From contig JBKJQZ010000069.1 in NCBI GenBank assembly GCA_046594835.1, positions 1,212 to 65,211 on the forward strand: a stretch of 64,000 nucleotides of DNA, read 5' to 3'. Positions 55,756 to 64,000 of the stretch are shown one piece after another. This DNA is from Acidimicrobiales bacterium. GTDB lineage: Bacteria; Actinomycetota; Acidimicrobiia; Acidimicrobiales; JACCXE01. The notes below the pieces were generated by a model. It ran no database searches, was not told the DNA's origin, and saw nothing but the letters and a program-made list of their open reading frames with translations. A program made the position numbers and the translations under genes. Numbering within the stretch: the first letter of the stretch is position 1; each line of letters begins with the position of its first letter.

Positions 55756-56867
55756 GCACGACCGAAGCCCCGCCCGCGCTGCCGAGCGACGGCGAAATGA
55801 AGGCGACGATCAAGTACGTCACCGACAACGCACCGCGCGCGTTCCTGTGGGACTACGACCGCAGCCGCGACCAGCTCGTCACGCTCTACAACAAGGCGAT
55901 GTCATCGCAGTGGAACTCGGTCACGGAGCTCGACTGGGCCACCAACGTCGATCCCGAAGAAGTGGTGTCGTCTTCGCCGCAGTCGAACCTCACTGTGCAG
56001 TTGGCCCGTCACGCGGCGGAGGTCGACGGCTCGCCGTTCTCGAAGTGGAGCGAGAAGGAATTCACCCAGCTCGGCGTCGAGTCCCTGAAGGCGATGATGA
56101 GCCAGTTCATGCACGGCGAGCAAGGCGCCATGCTCGTGGCGGCCAAGATCGTCGAGACCGTTCCGTGGATCGACGCCAAGTACTACGCGGCGACCCAGAC
56201 GATGGACGAGGCCCGCCACACCGAGGTGTTTGCGAAGTACCTGCACACCAAGCTCGGTGACTCGTACCCGATGAGCCCGTACCTCGAGGCCCAGATCGAC
56301 GCGCTGATGACCGATGACCGGTGGGACATCGCGTACCTCGGCATGCAGATCGTGATCGAGTCGCTCGCCCTCGCGGCGTTCGGCTCGATGCTGCGCGCCA
56401 CCAACGAGCCGCTGCTCAAGAAGCTCCTGCGTTACGTGATGAGCGACGAGGCCCGCCACGTCGCCTTCGGTGTGCTGAGCCTCGCCGAGTTCTACCAAGA
56501 GCTTTCGTCGGCCGAGCTGAAAGAGCGCCAGGAGTTCCTCGCGGAGAACACGCTGCGCAGTCGGCAGCGCTCGACCACCCCCGAGATCTGGGAGCGCATG
56601 GGCACGACGATGGACGCGGCCCTGCCCTCGCTGATCGAAGCGTCGACCAAGATCGACCAAAGTCAGTTCGGCAGTTTTGAAGGCGGCTTCTTCGGCAAGC
56701 TCGTCCCGAACGTCCGCAAGCTGGGCCTGATCGACGCCAACGACGGCCACCTCCGCAAGCTGTGGGGCGACGCCGGGCTCCTGAAGTACGAGTTCGCCGA
56801 TAACACCGGCGACGACTACGAGACCTACGACGAAGTCGCCAAGGACAGGGCCGCCATCGCGAGCTAG
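55752..56867 (+). CDS. Ferritin-like diiron-carboxylate protein (AurF/desaturase-like oxygenase)
   Basis: ATGA overlap with the TetR stop. There are two E...DExRH motifs: HGEQGA...MDEARHTEVF and IESLALA...SDEARHVAFG. Confidence 0.7.
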   Translation: MSTTEAPPALPSDGEMKATIKYVTDNAPRAFLWDYDRSRDQLVTLYNKAMSSQWNSVTELDWATNVDPEEVVSSSPQSNLTVQLARHAAEVDGSPFSKWSEKEFTQLGVESLKAMMSQFMHGEQGAMLVAAKIVETVPWIDAKYYAATQTMDEARHTEVFAKYLHTKLGDSYPMSPYLEAQIDALMTDDRWDIAYLGMQIVIESLALAAFGSMLRATNEPLLKKLLRYVMSDEARHVAFGVLSLAEFYQELSSAELKERQEFLAENTLRSRQRSTTPEIWERMGTTMDAALPSLIEASTKIDQSQFGSFEGGFFGKLVPNVRKLGLIDANDGHLRKLWGDAGLLKYEFADNTGDDYETYDEVAKDRAAIAS

Positions 56868-56880
56868 AAAGCACAGCGCT

Positions 56881-58083
56881 ATGGGGGGAACGGAACGGAC
56901 GTTACGCGGCAAGGCTGCGGTAGTGGGTGTGACCGACGCGGTCTCGCCCACGGGTGAGCTACAGCTGACCGGGCGCGCCCTCGAGGCGCAGATGGTGCGC
57001 GAAGTTCTCGACGACGCGGGCCTGACGCTCGCCGACATCGATGGCGTCTGCCACCACAGCTCGGCTATGCAGTTCGCCGAGTTCCTCGGCATCACCCCGA
57101 CCTTCACCGACTCGACCACAACCGGTGGTTCGGTGTTCGAGGTGTACCTCGAGCACGCGGCCTCCGCGGTTGCGAGCGGCGTGGCCGAGTGCGTGCTGGT
57201 GGTGTTTGCCCAAACGCCACGTGCCGGTCGCGCGTTGGCCAAGCGCCGCAACGCCGATCCCAACGCGGCGCAAAAGGCGCGCGCCGCGATGTACGGCACC
57301 GACAACCCGATGACCGAGTGGGAGACGCCCTACGGGTTGCAGGGCCCGGTCGGCTCGTACGCGCTCGCGGCGAACCGGCACATGTCGCAGTACGGCACGA
57401 CGTCGGAACAGCTCGCGTCGATCGCCGTGCAGACGCGTCAGTGGGCCACGCTGAACCCACGAGCGAAGGCGCGCGACGCGCTGACGGTGGACGACGTGCT
57501 CGCGTCAGGACTGGTGGCGTCGCCCTTGCACAAGCTCGACTGCTGCCTGGTGACCGACGGCGGCGGCGCCTTCATCGTCACGTCGGCCGAACGGGCGAAG
57601 GATTTGAAGAAACCGCCGGTGTACGTGCTCGGTGCGGCCACCGCGCACGACCACATGATGATCAGTCAGATGCCCGACCTCGCCACGACGCCGGGCGCGA
57701 TCAGCGGTCCGAAGGCGTTCGGCATGGCCGGGATCACGCCGAGCGATGTGGACGTGTTCATGGGCTACGACAGCTTCACCATCACCCAGCTGCTGCACTT
57801 CGAAGACCTCGGCTTCTGCGCCAAGGGCGAAGGCGGCGCATTCGTCGAGTCGGTCGGCATCGGACCCGGCGGCGGCCTGCCCACCAACACCAACGGCGGT
57901 GGACTCAGCTACACCCACCCCGGCATGTACGGGATGTTCCTCGTGGTCGAAGCAGTCCGTCAGCTGCGGGGCGAGTGCGACGACCGGCAGGTCGCCGACG
58001 CCAACATTGCCGTGGCCCACGGCTCGGGCATGGTGCTCAGTTGCATGTCGACCGCAGTCCTCGGCACGGAGGCGGCGCTCTGA
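56881..58083 (+). CDS. Thiolase-like protein (SCP-x type), second copy in the window
   Basis: It has a thiolase N- and C-domain pattern (GYDSFTITQLLHFEDLGFC, TNGGGLSYTHPG) and is followed by DUF35. Confidence 0.8.
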   Translation: MGGTERTLRGKAAVVGVTDAVSPTGELQLTGRALEAQMVREVLDDAGLTLADIDGVCHHSSAMQFAEFLGITPTFTDSTTTGGSVFEVYLEHAASAVASGVAECVLVVFAQTPRAGRALAKRRNADPNAAQKARAAMYGTDNPMTEWETPYGLQGPVGSYALAANRHMSQYGTTSEQLASIAVQTRQWATLNPRAKARDALTVDDVLASGLVASPLHKLDCCLVTDGGGAFIVTSAERAKDLKKPPVYVLGAATAHDHMMISQMPDLATTPGAISGPKAFGMAGITPSDVDVFMGYDSFTITQLLHFEDLGFCAKGEGGAFVESVGIGPGGGLPTNTNGGGLSYTHPGMYGMFLVVEAVRQLRGECDDRQVADANIAVAHGSGMVLSCMSTAVLGTEAAL

Positions 58084-58514
58084 TGGCCCGCGTCGAACCG
58101 AAGCCGACCGAGACCACCGACGCGTTTTGGGAAGCGACGCGCGAGGGCACGTACCTCGTGCAGTGGTGCACCGCGTGCGACACGCCGATCTTCTATCCAC
58201 GCGAGGTGTGCCCGCAGTGCTTGTTGTCCGACAACCTCACGTGGCGCGCGTCCAACGGCACCGCGACCGTCTACGCAGTGAGCGTGCAGTACCGACCCGC
58301 CAACCCGACCATGGCTGACCGCGTCCCGTACGCGGTTGCCCTCGTCGAGCTCGACGCCGGCGACGGCGCCCGCACCATTCGCTGCATGACCAACGTCGTT
58401 GATTGCGACCCCGAAACGGTCGCGGTGGGCGACGCGGTGTCTCTCACCTGGGAGCCGTTGTCCGACGGCCGCCAACTTCCACTGTTCCGCCCTGTTGAAG
58501 GAGCCACCTCATGA
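58083..58514 (+). CDS. Zn-ribbon OB-fold protein (DUF35), second copy
   Basis: TGATG overlap with the thiolase. The ribbon is CTACDTPIFYPREVCPQC and the OB part is YAVALVELDAG...IRCMTNVV. Confidence 0.82.
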   Translation: MARVEPKPTETTDAFWEATREGTYLVQWCTACDTPIFYPREVCPQCLLSDNLTWRASNGTATVYAVSVQYRPANPTMADRVPYAVALVELDAGDGARTIRCMTNVVDCDPETVAVGDAVSLTWEPLSDGRQLPLFRPVEGATS

Positions 58515-59830
58515 CCGTCACCGAAACCACGAGCGAGAACATCGTCGAGGAACTGCGCGACTGGCTCAGCGAGAACTGGAGCGCGGATCTCACGTGCGCG
58601 GAGTGGTGGGAGCGCCTCGGCCTTGCCGGCTATTCGCAGCCGATCATGCCGGTGGGCCGCTACGGCCGCGGCGTTAGTCGCGGCGACGCGATCAAGGTGC
58701 AGCGCGTGATCGCCGACCACGGCGCGCTCGGCGCGCCCAACGGTCTCGGCCTCATGCTTGCGGCGCCCACGATCGCGACCCACGGTACCGACGAGCAGGT
58801 TGAGCGCTTCGTACGCCCGATCGTCACCGGGCAGCTCGCGTGGTGCCAGCTCTTCAGCGAACCGGGTGCAGGGTCTGACCTCGCGGGATTGAACACAAAG
58901 GCGATCAAAGACGGCGACGTCTGGATCATCAACGGTCAAAAGGTTTGGACCTCGGGCGGACAGATCGCGGACATGGGCATGCTCATCGCGCGGACCAACC
59001 CGTCGGCCCCGAAGCACCAGGGCATCACGTGGTTTGCGTTCGATATGCACCAGCCCGGCGTGGAGGTCGTCCCGCTCAAGGAGATGACGGGCCACGCGAT
59101 GTTCAACGAGGTCTTCATGACCGACGCGACAGTGAACGACGACGCGCGCATCGGTGACGTCAATGACGGCTGGGCCGTGGCCAACACCACGCTGCTGTTC
59201 GAGCGCTCGGGCATGGGCGCCGGTGGCGACCGCGTGATGGGTGCGTCGCCCGGCACGATCGCAGGCAACCTCGACAAGCCCGCCGGCTCGTTCGTGCGCT
59301 CGCGCCCGGTCACTGCGACCAAGGAGAAGAAGGCGCAGGCTTCGGGAGCGGCGGCTTCGCCGGCCGCCGCCTACATCAACCTCGCTCGCGAGTTTGGCAA
59401 GGACCAGGACCCGAGCATGCGGCAGCGCTTGGCGCAGAGCCACATCCTGCAAACCCTCACGCGTCTCAACACCGAGCGTCACAAGGCGGTGCGGGCCAAG
59501 GGTGGCGACATTCCCGGCATGCCGAACTTCTCGAAGCTGTTGATGGCCGACATCCTTCGTCACAACCGCGACATGAGCGGCGACATCATGGGCGCCCGCG
59601 GCATGCTGCACGCCTACACCGACGAGCAGCGGGCGACCCTTGAGAACGCCCCCGGCGGTTCCGCCGCAGCGGCCTACACCGGGCTGATCCTGAGCGCGCA
59701 GGCGCTGCCGATCTACGGCGGCACCGATCAGATCCAGAAGAACATCGCGGGCGAGCGCGCCCTCGGACTCCCCAAAGAGCCGGGCGACCTCTCCCGTCTC
59801 CCGTTCAACGAACTCCCCAAGAACGGCTAG
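58511..59830 (+). CDS. Acyl-CoA dehydrogenase family protein
   Basis: ATGA overlap with DUF35. WCQLFSEPGAGSDLAGL, ING.KVWTSGG and the C-terminal IYGGTDQIQKNIIAGE-like IYGGTDQIQKNIAGE are present. Confidence 0.88.
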   Translation: MTVTETTSENIVEELRDWLSENWSADLTCAEWWERLGLAGYSQPIMPVGRYGRGVSRGDAIKVQRVIADHGALGAPNGLGLMLAAPTIATHGTDEQVERFVRPIVTGQLAWCQLFSEPGAGSDLAGLNTKAIKDGDVWIINGQKVWTSGGQIADMGMLIARTNPSAPKHQGITWFAFDMHQPGVEVVPLKEMTGHAMFNEVFMTDATVNDDARIGDVNDGWAVANTTLLFERSGMGAGGDRVMGASPGTIAGNLDKPAGSFVRSRPVTATKEKKAQASGAAASPAAAYINLAREFGKDQDPSMRQRLAQSHILQTLTRLNTERHKAVRAKGGDIPGMPNFSKLLMADILRHNRDMSGDIMGARGMLHAYTDEQRATLENAPGGSAAAAYTGLILSAQALPIYGGTDQIQKNIAGERALGLPKEPGDLSRLPFNELPKNG

Positions 59831-59847
59831 CACTTCCGCGTCGTCGG

Positions 59848-60798
59848 CTAGTGGTCGTGGCCGGCGTGGCCGCCGGTCACGTGGACGTCGAGGCCTTCGA
59901 TGGCGCACCAGGCGCCGTTGTCGACGCAGCCTTCGCACTCCAGCTCGATGGTTGCGTGCGCGATCGAGAACGGCGCGCTGATGGCCGCCTTCACGCGCGT
60001 GGCGACCTGCTGCGCGTCTTCGAGCGACGGGTGACCTTCCACGATCACGTGGGCCGAGAGGGCGCGCACCTCTGACGAAAGGCTCCACACGTGCAGGTCG
60101 TGCACGGCCTCGACGCCGACGACCGCCATGATCGTGGCCGCGACCTCGGCGACGTCGAGGCCGCGGGGGGTGGACTCGAGCAACACGTCGCCCGTCGAGC
60201 GCAGCAGAAGCCACGCCTGCCATGAGATCAGCGCCGCGATAAGCAGCGAGATGAGCGGGTCGATCCGCTCGGCGCCGTCGACGACGAGGACCACGATGCC
60301 GCTCACGACCACGCCGAAGCTGGCGGCCGCGTCTGCGGCCATGTGCAGCACCGCGCCGCGCATGTTGATGTCGTGCTCCTTCTCCCGTAGGAGCAACGCA
60401 CTAAACCCGTTCACGACGAGTGCGGTCGCAGCGACTGCGATCACGGTGCGGCCTTCGACGGCCTCGGGATGAATAAGGCGGCGAACGCTCTCATAGGTGA
60501 TCACCGCGGTGGTGATCAGAATGGCCGCGGCGTTTGCCTGCGCGGCGAGCACGGAGCTGCGGTGGTAGCCGAACGAGCGTGAGGCGTCGGGCGTCCGCCG
60601 TGACCACCGCACGGCGAGTAACGCCAGTGCGATGCCGCCGACGTCGACGAGGTTGTGGCCGGCGTCGGCGAGCAGTCCGATTGAATCGGCAAGGAACCCC
60701 GCGGCGGCTTCGCCAGCGACGATCATGACGTTGAGCCCAAGCACGATCAGGAGGCGTCGCTCCCGTCGTTCCGACACGCTCCTCGCTCGGCTGGCCAT
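59848..60798 (-). CDS. Cation diffusion facilitator (CDF) family metal efflux transporter
   Basis: Six TM helices with SIGLLADAGHNLVD and HMAADAAAS metal-site motifs, a cytoplasmic domain and a His-rich tail (HVTGGHAGHDH). Confidence 0.88.
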   Translation of the reverse strand: MASRARSVSERRERRLLIVLGLNVMIVAGEAAAGFLADSIGLLADAGHNLVDVGGIALALLAVRWSRRTPDASRSFGYHRSSVLAAQANAAAILITTAVITYESVRRLIHPEAVEGRTVIAVAATALVVNGFSALLLREKEHDINMRGAVLHMAADAAASFGVVVSGIVVLVVDGAERIDPLISLLIAALISWQAWLLLRSTGDVLLESTPRGLDVAEVAATIMAVVGVEAVHDLHVWSLSSEVRALSAHVIVEGHPSLEDAQQVATRVKAAISAPFSIAHATIELECEGCVDNGAWCAIEGLDVHVTGGHAGHDH

Positions 60799-60833
60799 CT
60801 CCTAGTTGTAGCGGGCGCGGGTAGGTTCCGGAT

Positions 60834-61712
60834 GTGGAGACCGACCTGCGCTGCTCGTCCCAGGCACGCGCCCTTGGATCTGACCCCGCGGGTACTGCGG
60901 TTTCGTCGTTCGCGTTCTTGCTCATCGAAGTGCCGCTGCCGTGGCCGAACGAGATCGGTGCGCACCCTGGAGTTATCGCCGCAGCCGACGCGATCCACGC
61001 GATCGGCGCGCGCGTGCAAGGAGTCGTGCCACGGAGTGACGACGCCGAGCAGGCTCACGCGGTGCTGTATTCGCACGACGACGGACCGTTCCGTTCCTAC
61101 GTTCGCCGCGACGCGTGCCTCGACGCGGCCGACCTTGTCTCCGGCGTCTCCTCGCTCGCCGACTCGCCCGTCGCCGACGACGGCGTGCGCGACCTATTGG
61201 TGTGCACACACGGCGCGCGCGACCGCTGCTGCGGCTCGATGGGTACGTCGCTTGCGAGAAACGTGGCCCCGCGTGCGGATGTCCGCGTGCGTCGCACTAG
61301 TCACCTGGGCGGCCACCGGTTCGCGCCAACCGTGCTCGTGCTGCCCGAAGGCACCGCGTGGGCCTGGCTCGATGACGCGCTGCTTGCTTCGGTCCTCGAT
61401 CGCTCGGGTGATCCGCGCAAGGTGCTCCCGCACTACCGGGGCTCGACGGCGATGCCGTCGCCGTTGCTGCAGTTCGCTGATCGGTGGGTGTTCGGCGACG
61501 TTGGCTGGGATTACCTCGACGCGTCGCGAGGCGGGGCCGTGGTCGAAGTAGACGACGACTGCACCACAGTGCGCATCGACACCTCGATCGGGTCGTGGAC
61601 CGCAGTCATCAAGAAGCTCGGTACCACCCCCCAGCCCGTGTGCGGTGACGAGCTACGTGCTGCGAAGAAGTGCGACGACATTCTGCAGCTCGTCGAACTC
61701 ACCGAGAACTAG
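60834..61712 (+). CDS. Sucrase/ferredoxin-like (thioredoxin-like [2Fe-2S]) family protein
   Basis: LLVCTHGARDRCCGSMG and SHLGGHRFAP are present. Confidence 0.75.
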   Translation: METDLRCSSQARALGSDPAGTAVSSFAFLLIEVPLPWPNEIGAHPGVIAAADAIHAIGARVQGVVPRSDDAEQAHAVLYSHDDGPFRSYVRRDACLDAADLVSGVSSLADSPVADDGVRDLLVCTHGARDRCCGSMGTSLARNVAPRADVRVRRTSHLGGHRFAPTVLVLPEGTAWAWLDDALLASVLDRSGDPRKVLPHYRGSTAMPSPLLQFADRWVFGDVGWDYLDASRGGAVVEVDDDCTTVRIDTSIGSWTAVIKKLGTTPQPVCGDELRAAKKCDDILQLVELTEN

Positions 61713-61727
61713 AGGGAGCAACGGCCG

Positions 61728-62357
61728 CTAAGCGGAGCGACGGGCAAACACCGCGAAGAGTGGGTCGCCTGGCGCGGTGAGCGGCGTACGCAGCTGCGGC
61801 GTTGGTTCGTCGAAGCCGCCCGCGTTGGCGAAGTAGCTCTCGACGATGCGGCAATGGCCGACGCTGTCGGTGTTGAGCCAGCCCCGGATCGCCTTGGTCG
61901 GGAAGAGACGGTTCGAGAAGGTGACGACGAACCAACCGCCGGGGCGCAGCACGCGCGCGACGTCGCGGAACACTTCGACCGGGCGAACGAGGTAGTCGAC
62001 CGAGACGCAGCACGTGGCGTTGTCGAACGAGGCGTCGACAAACGGCAGGATGGGGTCGACGTTGAGGTCCTGAATGACCGAGTCGGTCGCCAGTGGGTTC
62101 GCCTCGAGCTCCTCCGCGTTCATTCCGAGCACCGTGAGTTCGTTGGGTTCGGCTCCGGGCCGGAAGTGCGAGATCCAGGAACTCATGAGGTCGAGCACGG
62201 TGGTGCCACCGAGGCCGAGGTGTTCGTACAAAGCTCCCACCGCTGCGATGGCGCGGTCGTCGATGTGGGTGAGCAAGCGCGGCTCGTCGTAAAACCGGGC
62301 GTCATCGGAAGAATCGGCGCGGTCGAAGAACCCGGCGGGGTAGTCGCTCCCGGTCAC
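61728..62357 (-). CDS. Class I SAM-dependent methyltransferase
   Basis: VLDLMSSWISH resembles motif I. FDNATCCVSVDYL and RVLRPGGWFVVTF are post-I/III motifs. Confidence 0.8.
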   Translation of the reverse strand: MTGSDYPAGFFDRADSSDDARFYDEPRLLTHIDDRAIAAVGALYEHLGLGGTTVLDLMSSWISHFRPGAEPNELTVLGMNAEELEANPLATDSVIQDLNVDPILPFVDASFDNATCCVSVDYLVRPVEVFRDVARVLRPGGWFVVTFSNRLFPTKAIRGWLNTDSVGHCRIVESYFANAGGFDEPTPQLRTPLTAPGDPLFAVFARRSA

Positions 62358-62776
62358 GCTCGCGGCAGCACTCCGTAGGCGTGGTTCGGCTTCAGCCGCA
62401 CGACCAAGCGCTTGTCGTTGACCATTGCCTGGCGGTACTCGTCCCAGTTCGGGTGCTCGCCGGCCATGGACCGGTACGTCTCTACCAAGAGGTCCACCGT
62501 TGCGTCGTGTGGATCAGCCGCGATCGGCGTGAGTTCCACGTCGCCCTCTATCACCACGTAGGCCCAGAAGTTTTCCTGTGTGACGTGCAGCGCCGCCCAC
62601 GGCTCGCGGGTGAGGTTGAAGTACTTGGCGCGGTCGGCCGTGATCGAAATCTCGACGGTGTCGCCAGCGAGTCGGTAGACGATGTTTGACAACTGCGGAC
62701 GTCCGTCGCGCTTGATGGTGGTCAGGACGGCCGACTTCTTGTCGGCGGCGAAGGCGAGCGCGGCAACGAGTTCCAT
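62354..62776 (-). CDS. PPOX-class (pyridoxamine 5'-phosphate oxidase-like) probable F420-dependent oxidoreductase
   Basis: SAVLTTIKRDGRPQLSNIVY...ISITADRAKYFNLTREPWAALHV is the split-barrel pattern. Its stop overlaps the methyltransferase start. Confidence 0.8.
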   Translation of the reverse strand: MELVAALAFAADKKSAVLTTIKRDGRPQLSNIVYRLAGDTVEISITADRAKYFNLTREPWAALHVTQENFWAYVVIEGDVELTPIAADPHDATVDLLVETYRSMAGEHPNWDEYRQAMVNDKRLVVRLKPNHAYGVLPRA

Positions 62777-62838
62777 GGGTCCTTGCTAGCGCACTCCGTA
62801 GTGACGCGCTCCTCAGCCAGTTCGCGTAGACATCACGC

Positions 62839-63573
62839 ATGACGCGTGGCGTGGCGGTGGTGACGGGAGCGAGCAGCGGCATCGGCGCGGCCGCCGCGCG
62901 ACGACTCGCAGCTGAAGGCTTCGAAGTGGTTCTCGGTGCACGGCGCATGGACCGGCTCGAAGAGGTCGCGGCCGCGGTGGGTGGTCGCGCACTCGCCCTG
63001 GATGTGACCTCGACCGCATCCGTCGACGCGTTTTGCGCCGAGGTTGGGCCGTGCCGCGTGCTGGTGAACAACGCGGGCGGCGCGCTCGGCCGTGACGCGC
63101 TCGCGCGCGCCGACGAGGAAGAGTGGCGCTGGATGTATGACGCGAACGTGCTCGGCGTGATGCGGATGACCCGTGCGTTGTTGCCGGCGCTCGAGGCGTC
63201 GGGCGACGGCCACGTGGTGATGGTCGGCTCGATCGCCGGCCACGAGCCCTACGCCGGCGGTGCTGGCTACAACGCGGCCAAGTTCGCGCTCAAGGCCGTG
63301 ACCAAGGTGCTGCGCCTCGAACTTGTGGGGATACCGGTGCGCGTCACGTCGATCGATCCGGGCATGGTCGACACCGACTTCAGCCTCGTGCGCTTCCACG
63401 GCGACCAGGCCCAAGCCGACGCGGTGTACGCCGGTATGACGCCGCTCGTCGCCGATGACATCGCCGACTGCATCTCGTTCGCGGTCACGCGCCCGAGCCA
63501 CGTGAACATCGACACGATGATCGTGACGCCGCGCGATCAGGCGAGCGTTACCTCGGTCCACCGCCAGCTTTAG
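62839..63573 (+). CDS. SDR-family oxidoreductase
   Basis: VVTGASSGIGAA, NNAG and YNAAKFA (YxxxK) are present. Confidence 0.88.
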   Translation: MTRGVAVVTGASSGIGAAAARRLAAEGFEVVLGARRMDRLEEVAAAVGGRALALDVTSTASVDAFCAEVGPCRVLVNNAGGALGRDALARADEEEWRWMYDANVLGVMRMTRALLPALEASGDGHVVMVGSIAGHEPYAGGAGYNAAKFALKAVTKVLRLELVGIPVRVTSIDPGMVDTDFSLVRFHGDQAQADAVYAGMTPLVADDIADCISFAVTRPSHVNIDTMIVTPRDQASVTSVHRQL

Positions 63574-63634
63574 CATCGAGGCCAAACGAGGCCCTGAGGT
63601 TTGTACAACAGCATCGGCCCCCTAACCTGAGGAA

Positions 63635-64000
63635 ATGAAGCCGTCTTCCCGGTTCCTTTTCGCGGGCCTCGCTGCTGCGGCCAACACGGCTAATGCCATC
63701 AAGCCCGCCGCGCGCTTCGGCAAGGCGTCGCCGGCCTCTTTCGCGTTCGGCGTCCTGCCCTCGGAGTGGCCCACCCAAGTCGGTTTAGCCCAGGCCGCTG
63801 GCGCAGCGTTACTGGCGCGCAACGGTGGCATGAAGGGTTGGAAGGGCGCGCTCGGCCTCGCCGCCTATGGCGCTTCGGCGGCGGGGCTCGTCTACATGCA
63901 CCGCCAGGCCGGTCAGGCCGGTCGCATCCTTGAACAAGCATTAGTAGACGAACTGGGCAGCGACTACGCCAGCCATATCAGCGAACAATTCGTCCCGAAG
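63635..64000 (+). CDS. Hypothetical membrane-associated protein, 5' part only (runs off the window; possibly the N-terminus of an alpha/beta hydrolase)
   Basis: The ATG at 63635 is preceded by GAGGAA. The frame is open to the window end and GC3 is high. Product MKPSSRFLFAGLAAAANTANA... The functional guess is weak. Confidence 0.5.
   Translation, partial: MKPSSRFLFAGLAAAANTANAIKPAARFGKASPASFAFGVLPSEWPTQVGLAQAAGAALLARNGGMKGWKGALGLAAYGASAAGLVYMHRQAGQAGRILEQALVDELGSDYASHISEQFVPK

Noticed and set aside
55902-57305. 467-aa minus-strand ORF
   Set aside because: It is antisense to the diiron protein and thiolase genes, both of which carry clear motifs. The same reasoning applies to 889..2004(-), 46191..47360(-), 47692..49149(+), 40056..41294(-), 24573..25601(-) and 42484..43548(-).
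58271-60223. 650-aa minus-strand ORF
   Set aside because: It is antisense to the acyl-CoA dehydrogenase and DUF35 genes and out of frame with the CDF transporter. Its composition is extremely Arg/Gly/Ala-rich and no domain signatures are visible.

Overview
High-GC chromosomal window, almost certainly Actinomycetota. The lineage call rests on DUF721 and DUF3566 around gyrBA, an Ada-AlkA fusion followed by ogt, F420-type DDN/PPOX enzymes and a 6TM-HAMP class III cyclase. All protein calls come from motifs read by eye in the supplied translations; no database search was possible.

The window opens in the origin-proximal block: recF (partial), DUF721, gyrB, gyrA, DUF3566, tRNA-Ile. About 10.9 kb of accessory genes then separates tRNA-Ile from tRNA-Ala. 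The rest is densely packed housekeeping and accessory operons:
- DNA repair and regulation: alkA-ogt.
- Metabolism: lutABC, two thiolase/DUF35 modules, a Rieske oxygenase, and a TetR-diiron-thiolase-DUF35-ACAD operon.
- Envelope: LemA-DUF2207.
- Secreted enzymes: peptidases.

I call about 70 CDS, 2 tRNAs, a few hairpins and palindromes, and one gene remnant. I saw no rRNA, CRISPR array, IS element, integrase or prophage genes.

The most interesting candidates are:
1. A single 1147-aa ORF fusing a 12-TM APC-type permease to HAMP plus a hybrid histidine kinase (19042-22485).
2. An unlisted 52-codon ORF (17357-17515, minus strand) with a perfect Shine-Dalgarno. It encodes a signal peptide plus a 20-aa Pro-rich two-Cys peptide. 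It sits upstream of a Cys-rich secreted protein and head-to-head with a membrane-tethered ECF sigma factor, and a 27-bp perfect palindrome abuts its start codon.
3. A kdpE plus N-terminally truncated kdpD pair divergent from a KimA-type K+ transporter and an OB-fold gene. The shared intergenic region carries 11-bp-phased TCTTT(A/G)CG direct repeats, and no kdpFABC is present in the window.
4. A Rieske oxygenase whose conserved N-terminus lies upstream of any canonical start codon, in frame with and directly abutting the thiolase stop codon.

Many long ORFs in the six-frame track are antisense shadows typical of high-GC DNA and were rejected.
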